Source of the DNA: Nitrospirota bacterium
GTDB taxonomy: Bacteria > Nitrospirota > UBA9217
Direction of reading: 5' to 3'
NCBI GenBank assembly: GCA_963790205.1
Contig: CAWBNQ010000014.1
Location: 256,001-320,000 of the forward strand
Length of the DNA stretch: 64,000 nucleotides
Part shown: in pieces, positions 19,906 to 28,962 of the stretch
Layout of the letters: the number at the start of each line of letters is the position of its first letter
How positions within the stretch are numbered: the first letter of the stretch is position 1
The notes under the pieces: model-generated
What the model was told of the DNA's origin: nothing
What the model saw: only the letters and a program-made list of their open reading frames with translations
The model's database searches: none
Translations under genes and position numbers: made by a program

Positions 19906-22900
19906 GGAGTGACCGTCAACGTGGCCCTTCTTGTTACCCCGCCATAAACAGCAGAAATGGCGGCCCGCCGTGTGTTGGTCACCGGCATAGTGGCGATCGT
20001 GAATGTGGCGCTGGTGCTGCCGCCTGGTACCGTTACGCTGGCGGGTTCGCTGGCTGATGACGAATTGTCGCTCAGCGACACGACCGCGCCGCCGGCGGGC
20101 GCGGGACCGCTCAATGTCACCGTGCCCTGAGAGGAAGACCCGCCCTTGACACTGGTCGGGATTAGAGAAAGCGTGTTCAATGCCGGAGGCCTGACCGTGA
20201 GCGTGGCCGTTCTGGTCACCCCGTTATAAACAGCGGAAATGATGACTGATGTAGAACTGGCCACTGGAGTAGTGGTTATCGTGAACGCGGCGCTGGTGCT
20301 GCCACCCGTAACGGTGACACTCGCCGGAACGCTCGCTGCTGACGAATTGTCGCTCAGCGATACGACCGCGCCGCCAGTGGGCGCGGGCCCACTCAACCTC
20401 ACCGTGCCCTGGGAAGATGAACCACCCGTGACGCTCGTCGGGCTTAAGGTCAGCGTGCTCAATACTAGAGGAGCAATTGTGAGCGCGGCCGTTCTGGTCA
20501 CCCCGTTGTAAACAGCGGAAATGGTTACCGGCGTTGAGCTGGCCACCGGAATAGTCGTGATCGTGAATGTGGCGCTGGTGCCGCCGCCCGGTATCGTTAC
20601 GCTGGCAGGCTCACTGGCTGATGACGAATCGTCGCTCAGCGTAACCACTGCTCCTCCGCTCGGCGCAGGACCGTTTATTGTCACCGTTCCCTGGGAATTG
20701 GACCCGCCCGCGACGCTCGTCGGGCTTAAGGTCAGCGTGCTCAATACGGGAGGATTGACCATGAGCGCGGCCGTTTTTGTCATTCCGTTATAAACAGCGG
20801 AAATGGTTACCGGCGTTGAGCTGGTCATCGGAATAGTCGTGATCGTGAACGTGGCGCTGGTGCTGCCGCCCGGTATTGTTACGCTGGCAGGGACGCTGGC
20901 TGCTGAAGAATCATCGCTCAGCGATACGACCACGCCGCCAGTCGGCGCTGGACCGCCCAACGTCACTGTGCCCTGGGAAGCAGACCCGCCCGTGACACTG
21001 GTCGGGTTTAAAAATAGTGAATAGAGTGAAACCGGTTCTGGTGAGACAGTAATCGTGGCCGTTGCCACATTACTGCTGTTCGTCCCGTCGTTCGCCGTGT
21101 AGGTAAAGCTGTCGGTTCCCGCATAGTTCGCCGCCGGTGTATAGGCGAAGGATCCATTGGTGTTGAGCGTGAGAGTGCCGTGGGATGGGCCGCTCGAGAG
21201 TTGCGCTGTCAGGGTCGCCCCTTCGGGATCGGTGTCGTTGCTCAGCACCCCGGGGGCGGGCTGATTCAGTGCCGTATTTGCATTGATCGTGTACGTATCA
21301 TTCATTGCCGCGGGGGGCAGGTTGGCAGTGTTGCAGCTGACGGTGATCTCGCCCCGATCGGGTACGGCATTGTAGTACATGACTTTCGTCGTTCCCTCCA
21401 GGACCGAGTTTACCGTTGTGGTGCTGCTGCCTTGCGTGACGAGAGCGGAGTCACAGCCCGAAAGCGCCCCGCTGCGTATGGTGAGCGCTTCGTCGTACGT
21501 AGCGTCATCCAGTCCATCGGTGAGGTTCAACACCAGTTGGCTACTGGAACTGGAAACCACGGAGAGGTTTGCAGACCCTCGTTCACGGACATATTTGACC
21601 ACTGATCCGAACGTATCGACCCAGAGGTTCTTGGTATTCACGTATCCGATGAATTGCCTGAACCGCTCTTCAGTGACGGGTCCGTACTCTGTTCCATCCA
21701 GGCCGTGGAAACCGGCGATCATCCATTGCCCCGATTGCTCCGCAAGGTCCACCTGCGACTCGAGAGTAACGCCCTGTGAATCCGCCTCATCGGGAAAAAC
21801 GGCATACATATTGTACAGATCGAAGGGGGAAGAATTGAGCCCCCATCTCACGCCCCTGGCCGCGATGTATGCGCTCTCAACGATTCCTTCCACTTCATCG
21901 TTCAGGTCTCCATAGGGATATGCGAACGTACGGCACTTCTGTGAGCTGATCTGGTCGTCGATCACCGTCTGCGACCCCAGGATCTCGTCCTGCATCCCGG
22001 CCACGGTGAGACTGGTCAAATAGGGATGCGTCTTCGTATGGCTCCCTATCTCATGGCCCATGCCTGCTGCGGTCCTCCAGTTGTCCCAGCTGGGCGGGCC
22101 TATCGTAGTAAAATCGGTGACCAGAAAGAACGTACCCTTGAACCCCAGTTCGTTGAGGGCTGGTACCCCGATAGTGTATTGCGATGTGTAACCGTCGTCA
22201 AAGGTCAGCGAAATGGCCCCTGACTTGTTACTCTTCCACCTGGTGATCTCGTGTCCCGCATTCACGATCACGTCATCCAGCGCCATTGCGTAGGGACTTA
22301 AGAACGTCCACAGGTCGGCGCCGACCCCGCCGCTCAAATAGGGAGGCCGGGAATCGTAGTTGTTGTCCGTAACGTCGATCATCAGCGTCCCGTCGTAAAA
22401 TACCTGGATACGATTACCGTTAAATGCCATCTTGAGCGTATGCCAGCCCGTGCCGACGCTCGGCAGGTTGACCTCCTGCATCGATGCGTCATTATAGGTC
22501 GTCCAGTCACGGAACTTGACCAGTGCCAGCACGTTGGAGCCGCCTGCTGATCCATCGGGATAGATCCATGCGCCGTAACGAGCGCCGGTTGCCGGATTTA
22601 CACGGCCCCCGAGACCGCCTCCGAATGCACCGGCTGGAAATTGGATGCGGGCCTCCACCGTATAGTCAGCCCAGGGAGGCGCGGCGTAGGTGTAAATGGA
22701 ACCATACGTCCAGGGCGAACTCGAACCCTGCAGCGCGCCATTCGTTATCGTCCACGTCCCGAGCGCGCCGATCCACGGCGATAAAGGGTTCACTGCACCA
22801 GGATCTCGGGTAAAGTCATCTGCGAAGACGACGTTGCCGGCCGGTGAGACCTGCGCGATCGCCTGGTGTGGAACGAGCATCTGCAGGGCCAGCATACAGC

Positions 22901-23021
22901 CGAGAAGCAGCATGGAAAGAACGTTTCTTTTCAGAGGTGATAAAAATTGTGACCGGTTGTCGGTCTGGTCATGTTTATGAGCTTCAGCCCGGCGCGCTGT
23001 TCTTCTCATGTTCGTAATCAT
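19902..23021 (-). CDS. Secreted modular protein: ConA-like beta-sandwich + NodB/CE4 polysaccharide deacetylase + cadherin-like Ig + 4 Ser/Thr-rich Ig-like repeats
   Basis: Signal peptide ending AIA-Q; SLTFDDGY, HEIGSHTKTH, FAYPYG, FHG; GVLSNDTDPEG...YTP; 94-aa (282-bp) repeats. Confidence 0.85.
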   Translation of the reverse strand: MITNMRRTARRAEAHKHDQTDNRSQFLSPLKRNVLSMLLLGCMLALQMLVPHQAIAQVSPAGNVVFADDFTRDPGAVNPLSPWIGALGTWTITNGALQGSSSPWTYGSIYTYAAPPWADYTVEARIQFPAGAFGGGLGGRVNPATGARYGAWIYPDGSAGGSNVLALVKFRDWTTYNDASMQEVNLPSVGTGWHTLKMAFNGNRIQVFYDGTLMIDVTDNNYDSRPPYLSGGVGADLWTFLSPYAMALDDVIVNAGHEITRWKSNKSGAISLTFDDGYTSQYTIGVPALNELGFKGTFFLVTDFTTIGPPSWDNWRTAAGMGHEIGSHTKTHPYLTSLTVAGMQDEILGSQTVIDDQISSQKCRTFAYPYGDLNDEVEGIVESAYIAARGVRWGLNSSPFDLYNMYAVFPDEADSQGVTLESQVDLAEQSGQWMIAGFHGLDGTEYGPVTEERFRQFIGYVNTKNLWVDTFGSVVKYVRERGSANLSVVSSSSSQLVLNLTDGLDDATYDEALTIRSGALSGCDSALVTQGSSTTTVNSVLEGTTKVMYYNAVPDRGEITVSCNTANLPPAAMNDTYTINANTALNQPAPGVLSNDTDPEGATLTAQLSSGPSHGTLTLNTNGSFAYTPAANYAGTDSFTYTANDGTNSSNVATATITVSPEPVSLYSLFLNPTSVTGGSASQGTVTLGGPAPTGGVVVSLSDDSSAASVPASVTIPGGSTSATFTITTIPMTSSTPVTISAVYNGMTKTAALMVNPPVLSTLTLSPTSVAGGSNSQGTVTINGPAPSGGAVVTLSDDSSSASEPASVTIPGGGTSATFTITTIPVASSTPVTISAVYNGVTRTAALTIAPLVLSTLTLSPTSVTGGSSSQGTVRLSGPAPTGGAVVSLSDNSSAASVPASVTVTGGSTSAAFTITTTPVASSTSVIISAVYNGVTRTATLTVRPPALNTLSLIPTSVKGGSSSQGTVTLSGPAPAGGAVVSLSDNSSSASEPASVTVPGGSTSATFTIATMPVTNTRRAAISAVYGGVTRRATLTVTP
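19905..21040 (-). repeat. Four 282-bp coding tandem repeats
   Basis: L..L.L.PTSV.GG..SQGTV.L.GPAP.GG.VV.LSD units; period visible at 20239/20521/20803. Confidence 0.85.
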
Positions 23022-23223
23022 ATTATCACGCTCCCCAGATAATTCTCGTTAGTTGCCAATTATCATGTGCTTCCCTTTTCGCCCTGAGCTGACCATTCGC
23101 TGTTCTCGCTGCTCGACGGCTGCCATGTCCTGCACTCTCTTTTTCTGATAGGGCCGCGGACACACGGTGCTGAACTTTGACCCCTCCTGCGGTCCTCCCG
23201 CCAAAGGCTAGAGTCCCGCTGCC

Positions 23224-24534
23224 TTATTCTTTCTTGATACCGCTGAGATAATTGGCGATCAAGGTGTAATCATCCCGGTAATCCAGCAGGCCGTCGCGGT
23301 TCAGATCGGCAGTGGACGACCTGGAAGCGCCCCGCTTTTGGAAATAGCTGTCAATGTCCGCTCTGTTCAGTGTTCCCGGCTGAGATAGAGGACCGCTGAT
23401 CTTTGGCGCGATGGTCAAAGGATATATCATCTTCAGCTCTCCCAGCGAAACGGTGATGCTTGCCTCGTATGCGCCTTTTTCCGGCAGCAGCTCGACGATC
23501 CAGGTATTGGTATTGTCTGAATCTCTCCTCATCGACAGCAATTGCGCCCCCATGACCGCCAGATCGGACGAGTTCATGTTTCCCTGCGTGGATATGAACG
23601 CGACCTTTACCACCGATTTCCCGTCTGAGAGCGCAATGGGCGGGTCCTGACGGCACCCGATCATGCTCTCCCGGCCGAAGAGAGAGATCAAGGCCGCTGC
23701 TGTCCGCTGGCCGTGGTACTCCTGAAAGCGCTCCAATACGCTTTTTTGCGTGTAGATGTTCCGCGTCCTCGTCGTTCCCGGTGCTGAAGCGTCTTTGTCG
23801 CCAAATACGGTGCTGTCTGTTTTTCGCGCCACAATTACGGGTTCTTTCCCGGGTACATTCGTCGTGTCCGGTACGGGCGCTTGAACGTCCTGTTCTCCCG
23901 TCCCGGGTGCATCCGTCGTACTTTCGAGTTCGTCGGATCTGGATGACGGGCCGGCAATGATGATTGCCGGCGGGACCGTTGACGGTGATGAAGGGGTTCC
24001 CGGCGTGCCGGCGGCCGGCGGCGCTGTTGTTGTCTCCGAGGGAGCGCCCTGGTTTTGCGAGGAGGTAGAATCGCTCAGGGATGAATCTGCCGGGTTGTTG
24101 ACCTGTACCTGCGCCAGGAGGGGCGCTCCGGTGATGTTGGCCAGCCGGGCGCTCAAGGCATTGATCCTGCCCGGGGAGGGGCCTGTGCGGTCAAAGGCCA
24201 TCGTGGCGATCACTCCGCTGCCCTTTACCGGAGAAAGACGGATGATGACCATGCGCACGGTCCCGGGGACGTTCGGGTTGATCGTCGTCATGGCCCCTGC
24301 GATGAGCGGCCCCTCTGTGACGCGGGGGTTTGAGAGCGTCGCGGTGTCATACACAACAGTGAGCTCGAACGCGGATACATCCTCGATCCCGATACCCTGG
24401 AGAAGAAAAACGCCATCCCCGGCCGGCGATATCGTAACGGTGGACACGGCGAAGGCCGGCACAGGCAGGCACAGCGCGGCGACCACCGCAGCCGCGGCAA
24501 AGATACCCGATGATATGAGCGTCCGTATTTTCAT
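23224..24534 (-). CDS. Secreted cohesin-domain protein with Pro/Ser/Thr linker and C-terminal dockerin/EF-hand-like segment
   Basis: SD GGAGG before ATG 24534; signal AFA-V; VSAFELTVVYD..LS...V..G...PGTVRMVII...VKGSGVIATMAF matches the cohesin pattern; ends DLNRDGLLDYRDDY..IANYL. Confidence 0.72.
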   Translation of the reverse strand: MKIRTLISSGIFAAAAVVAALCLPVPAFAVSTVTISPAGDGVFLLQGIGIEDVSAFELTVVYDTATLSNPRVTEGPLIAGAMTTINPNVPGTVRMVIIRLSPVKGSGVIATMAFDRTGPSPGRINALSARLANITGAPLLAQVQVNNPADSSLSDSTSSQNQGAPSETTTAPPAAGTPGTPSSPSTVPPAIIIAGPSSRSDELESTTDAPGTGEQDVQAPVPDTTNVPGKEPVIVARKTDSTVFGDKDASAPGTTRTRNIYTQKSVLERFQEYHGQRTAAALISLFGRESMIGCRQDPPIALSDGKSVVKVAFISTQGNMNSSDLAVMGAQLLSMRRDSDNTNTWIVELLPEKGAYEASITVSLGELKMIYPLTIAPKISGPLSQPGTLNRADIDSYFQKRGASRSSTADLNRDGLLDYRDDYTLIANYLSGIKKE

Positions 24535-24574
24535 TATCTTATCCTCCACTACAGTTTCGTATTGTCAAAATCTT

Positions 24575-24800
24575 TCACCGCAGAGGACGCGGAGGACGGA
24601 GAGAGCTTCTTTATATTGAAACCCTTAAAAGCCCGCTCCGCCTCCCTCCCCCTCTGCGCTCTATAAGAAAACCGCCTGGCTTTAAACAGTTCTTTGTAGG
24701 AGCCCCGTCAGGGTGGCGGATTTTCCCGTATTATCGCAGGGCTATAGCTCCATCCTCCAGAATCATTATTCTTGGTTTTCCTCTGCGACCTCTGCGGTTT
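24575..24800. repeat. Composite intergenic palindromic repeats
   Basis: accgcagaggacgcggagg ... cctctgcgacctctgcggt outer arms enclosing a degenerate GTAGGAGC...GCTCC REP-like unit. Confidence 0.5.
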
Positions 24801-24965
24801 CATGCTTTGCCTCTCTTTTTTCATGAAACTTTTGACAGTACCTACAGTTTTTCTACGATCTTTACGCGATCTTTAAGCTTATGGAAGATGCTGACTTCAA
24901 GCGGCCGCGGGACGGGACCCGTGTTTCCTTCTGATCGCTCTGCGATCGTATCGGTATTTACAGCG

Positions 24966-27900
24966 TTACCAGCTTGGAAGCCCTGCCGCCTTCCTGAGGA
25001 TCGCTACAACGTCCGAAAGATCGATCTTCCCGTCAGGATGACGCTGACCACCTGCCAGAGGCGCCACATCGCCATGGGCAAGATCGGGCTGCGTCAGAGG
25101 ATCAAGCCCGGCCGCGATCCGAAGAGACTTGAGGGCGTCGGTCATGTCCACTTTATTGTCGTCATTTAAGTCGCCATCAGCCGGAATGACCGTGATCGTA
25201 GCGGTCATTATGCTTCCATAGTTTGCAGAAATGGTTACCGGAGTTGATCCGGCCACGGGATAGGTGGTTATCGTGAACGTGGCGCTAATGCTCCCGGCCG
25301 GGACCGTGACCGTGGACGGAACTCCGGCAGCTGACGGCGTGTTGCTGCTCAGCGATACCGCCACACCCCCGCTCGGCGCTGCGCCGGTCAGCGTCACCGT
25401 ACCCTGGGAAGTATCATTGCTCAAAACACTATTCTGGCTCACCGAAAGCGAGCTGACAGCTGACGGTGTAACCGTGAGAGTGGTTGTCTTTGTAATCCCG
25501 CCGTAATCAGCAGTAATGGTTACCGGCGTTGAGCCTGCCACCGGATGAGTCGTAACAGTGAACGTGGCGCTGGCGCTGCCGGCCTGGACCGTGATTGTGG
25601 CCGGAACACTGGCCGCTGACGGCGTGCCGCTGCTCAGCGAGACAACCACACCGCCGCTCGGCGCTTGACCGCTCAACGTCACCGTGCCGTGGGAAATAAT
25701 CCCGCCCAAAACGCTGGCCGGGCTTACCGAAAGCGTACTCAATACCGGCGGATAAACTGTCAGCGTGGCCGTCTTTGTCACCCCGCTATGATCGGCAGTA
25801 ATGATTACCGAAGTCGATCCGGCCACCGGATACGTGGTTATCGTGAACGCGGCGCTGGCGCTGCCTGCCGGGACCGTAACCGTTGTGGGAACACTGGCCA
25901 CTGACGGCGTATCACTGCTCAGCGATATGGCGACACCGCCGATCGGCGCTGCGCCGTTCAGTGTCACCGTACCCTGGGAATTAATCCCGCCCACAACGCT
26001 GGCCGGGCTTACCGAAAGCGTACTCAATACCGGCGGATTAACTGTCAGCGTGGCCGTCTTTGTCACCCCGTTATGATCGACAGTAATGATTACCGAAGTT
26101 GATCCGGCAACGGGATACGTGGTTATCGTGAACGCGGCGCTGGTGCTGCCGGCCGGGACCGTGACGGCTGTGGGAACACTGACCGTTGACGGCGTGTCGC
26201 TGCTCAGCGATACGGCCACACCGCCGCTGGGCGCTGCGCCCGTCAACGTCACCGTTCCCTCGGAAATACTCCCGCCCAAAACGCTGGTCGGGCTTGTTGA
26301 AAACGAATTCAAGGCGGGTGGACTGACCGTGAGCATGGCGGTATTTTGGTTCACGCCATCATCAGCAGTAATGGTTACCGAAGTTGATCCGGCAACGGGA
26401 TACGTGGTTATCGTGAACGCGGCGCTGGTGCTGCCTGCCGGGACCGTGACGGTTGTGGGAACACTGACCGTTGACGGCGTGTCGCTGCTCAGCGATACGG
26501 CCACGCCGCCGCTCGGCGCTGCGCCGGTCAACGTCACCGTGCCCTCGGAAATACTCCCGCCCAAAACACTGGCGGGGCTTATTGAAAGCGAGCTCAGGGG
26601 AACCGGATTATAGCGTACTTCCACGCTTGATATCGAGGTCCCTACTCTCACTTTTACTCCATAGTCGGTCAAGCGGTAATCACCGGGATCGGCCACCGCG
26701 CCGTCGCGCAGGACCCGAACATTGCCCTGGACCCAATTGCTCCAGTTCGGCATGACGATCTCGACTGAACTATCAGCATCAGTAGACCCGGTAATGGTTG
26801 CCCCAATAGCGGCGATATTTCCCGTCATGCCGTACGCAGGAGTGATGGCGATATTCGACCGCGCCGTCGACCAGTCGTATATCCCGATGCTGTTCGATTT
26901 CCACAGTCCCGGCTTGGAAGCGGCATAGGTTACATACTCCTGCTCTACGCTCCCGGTATTTGATGAAGGTACATGACCGTAGAGATTGATGAGCGCCCCG
27001 ATACCATAATAAAAATCGACGGCATTCTGCATTGACACCACGGTTAGGTCTTCAAGGGCCGTAGGGATGCTGGTGCCCGCATACCAGTCGCTCACGGGCA
27101 GCGTAAGGGGCGCATAGTACTTGCCAGGCGTTTTATAGGAAAGGGTCTTATGCGGAAACGGGCCGATCTTCTGTTCCCCCGCGACAGCCGCGCCCAACTG
27201 GTCCAGGATATCATCGGAGTCATCGCGCGTTGAGTTGAAATAAGGAGCAGCCCAGAGACGGGGGCAGGTACCACCCGATCCGCAGCCTGGCCGGCCGTTG
27301 TCCAACCCGGCCAGCCACCCTTCGATGTCTTGAAAAGAAATCTTAATCGATTCATAAGCATAAGACTTACCACTTGAGTAACCTGGTGGGCTCGATGCTA
27401 AAGGATAACCAGGTTGAACAGTGTCCAGGGCCTCGTCCGGCCCCCAGTGCCAGTAATCAAAATCCGTTGGCGAGAGAGACGTATTAACGGGGTTCTTATA
27501 GCCGCCGTTGTGCGATCCGATCGTCGCGCCGTAGTTCGAAACAGCGCTCCGCAGGCCAGCAATTGCTACGGGATCTCCCACCATGTCTTCGCGCAAAGCC
27601 CCGGTGCAGAAGAAATAATCACCCTTGACCCCGAGTGCATGTTCGAATTGGGCGGAAGATTCGATCGACCGGATGGCTGACTGATCGTTCTCAAAATCGT
27701 GTCGAACGATGAATGCCGCGTCGTATTGATAGGGCCACGGGCTCACCTTCACGATCGGAAGGCGGTCGGATTCGAAGGCCCACTCGATTGCTTTGCGAAG
27801 GATGAGATAGGCATACATCCCCGGGTCGTAGTCTCCGTGGCCGATGAGCGGCTGAAATGCCCCGTAGTAGATGAACTGTCCTTGTCCATAGTTCTTGACC

Positions 27901-28736
27901 GTCAAGAGCGGGCCCGAATCGCCATTTGCAATGACCAAGGCATCGCCGGCATTGACCTGCCATGCATGGTGCGCGCCTTGAAGCAGGTGGGGTGGAGAGG
28001 TGCTGGAAACACCCTCGGGGATCTCCTCGGAGGTCACCGGCATGCGCCAGGTGAGTGTGCCGTTTGGGATATGACTGGTCAGCCGATGGTCAACGGTCTT
28101 CGTGAAATGAAGGTTGTCGTAGAAGTTCGAGAGGCTGGGATTTGCCATGCTCAGTCCCATTTTATCGGCCAGGGCAAAATCACCGCGCGTCGTGCCGTCC
28201 GGGTTGCGTGTAAAGGCGGTCGATCCGACGAACAGGAATCCTCCTGCGCTGACATACGCGAGCAGCGGGTCGATCTCATTATCATTGATCGCTTCAGAGT
28301 CCAGGCTGAACACGATCGGATACCGGGGCGAACCGTCCGCATTCAAGAGAACGCCGGACGCAATCTGCGCGTCAGTAACCTCGACAAAGGGAGTACCGTC
28401 CGCGCGAAGTGCTTCCTCCAGGGATTCGTATGCGACAAAATAGTGCCATGAAGTATACCACCACTGATAGCCGCTCGTTCCGGCTCCTGTGGGTGTAGGC
28501 GCGACAGCCGGCATTGTTTCGAGTGCCTGGGTATATTCAGAGACGTGGATGGCGACCAACGGCTCAGGAGGCGTTGAAACCTGCTGCGCTATCGCCTGGC
28601 TGGGAACAACTGAAGTCCCAACGAGAAGCAGGGACATCATTGCCAGGGCAATGTGAAAAACAACCGTATGACGCTCTAATGTTTTTTTCGTAGTCCGATC
28701 CTCCCTTCCTCTAGAAGGCTGTTGAGAAGTCTTCAT
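24966..28736 (-). CDS. Secreted modular protein: GATase-like + deacetylase-like barrel + 5 Ig-like repeats + C-terminal dockerin-like domain
   Basis: Signal AIA-QQ; YVSAGGFLF, AFIVRHDFE, IGSHNGG; 95-aa repeats; DGDLNDDNKVDMTDALKSLR...GDVAP...PDGKIDLSDVVAILRK. Start uncertain (ATG 28736 or ACG 28691). Confidence 0.8.
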   Translation of the reverse strand: MKTSQQPSRGREDRTTKKTLERHTVVFHIALAMMSLLLVGTSVVPSQAIAQQVSTPPEPLVAIHVSEYTQALETMPAVAPTPTGAGTSGYQWWYTSWHYFVAYESLEEALRADGTPFVEVTDAQIASGVLLNADGSPRYPIVFSLDSEAINDNEIDPLLAYVSAGGFLFVGSTAFTRNPDGTTRGDFALADKMGLSMANPSLSNFYDNLHFTKTVDHRLTSHIPNGTLTWRMPVTSEEIPEGVSSTSPPHLLQGAHHAWQVNAGDALVIANGDSGPLLTVKNYGQGQFIYYGAFQPLIGHGDYDPGMYAYLILRKAIEWAFESDRLPIVKVSPWPYQYDAAFIVRHDFENDQSAIRSIESSAQFEHALGVKGDYFFCTGALREDMVGDPVAIAGLRSAVSNYGATIGSHNGGYKNPVNTSLSPTDFDYWHWGPDEALDTVQPGYPLASSPPGYSSGKSYAYESIKISFQDIEGWLAGLDNGRPGCGSGGTCPRLWAAPYFNSTRDDSDDILDQLGAAVAGEQKIGPFPHKTLSYKTPGKYYAPLTLPVSDWYAGTSIPTALEDLTVVSMQNAVDFYYGIGALINLYGHVPSSNTGSVEQEYVTYAASKPGLWKSNSIGIYDWSTARSNIAITPAYGMTGNIAAIGATITGSTDADSSVEIVMPNWSNWVQGNVRVLRDGAVADPGDYRLTDYGVKVRVGTSISSVEVRYNPVPLSSLSISPASVLGGSISEGTVTLTGAAPSGGVAVSLSSDTPSTVSVPTTVTVPAGSTSAAFTITTYPVAGSTSVTITADDGVNQNTAMLTVSPPALNSFSTSPTSVLGGSISEGTVTLTGAAPSGGVAVSLSSDTPSTVSVPTAVTVPAGSTSAAFTITTYPVAGSTSVIITVDHNGVTKTATLTVNPPVLSTLSVSPASVVGGINSQGTVTLNGAAPIGGVAISLSSDTPSVASVPTTVTVPAGSASAAFTITTYPVAGSTSVIITADHSGVTKTATLTVYPPVLSTLSVSPASVLGGIISHGTVTLSGQAPSGGVVVSLSSGTPSAASVPATITVQAGSASATFTVTTHPVAGSTPVTITADYGGITKTTTLTVTPSAVSSLSVSQNSVLSNDTSQGTVTLTGAAPSGGVAVSLSSNTPSAAGVPSTVTVPAGSISATFTITTYPVAGSTPVTISANYGSIMTATITVIPADGDLNDDNKVDMTDALKSLRIAAGLDPLTQPDLAHGDVAPLAGGQRHPDGKIDLSDVVAILRKAAGLPSW
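25190..26600 (-). repeat. Five 285-bp coding tandem repeats
   Basis: LS.LSVSP.SV.GG..S.GTVTL.GAAP.GGVAVSLSSDTPS units; same family as those at 19905-21040. Confidence 0.85.
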
Positions 28737-28740
28737 AGCC

Positions 28741-28852
28741 GTCGTTGCGAGCGGAGCGATCTCGCCGTTCATAACGATTTGAAAAATCGAGATTGCCGCC
28801 CCTGCTTCAAGCATGCAGGGGCAGGCTCAACAAAAAACGCACCTCGCAATGA
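28741..28852. repeat. Palindromic MITE/REP-like element
   Basis: gtcgttgcgag...gcgatctcg...cgagattgc...ctcgcaatgac nested inverted repeats with an inner cccctgc-ttcaagcat-gcagggg hairpin. Confidence 0.65.
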
Positions 28853-28962
28853 CACACAATGAGTGCGTTTGCATTGGTAATTTTTTCGAAACTGCTTCCG
28901 GTCCCCGAGGGACTCTGCAGCCTCATAGCCGTGGCCCGAAATTCGCTTTTGTGAGAGCCGGA

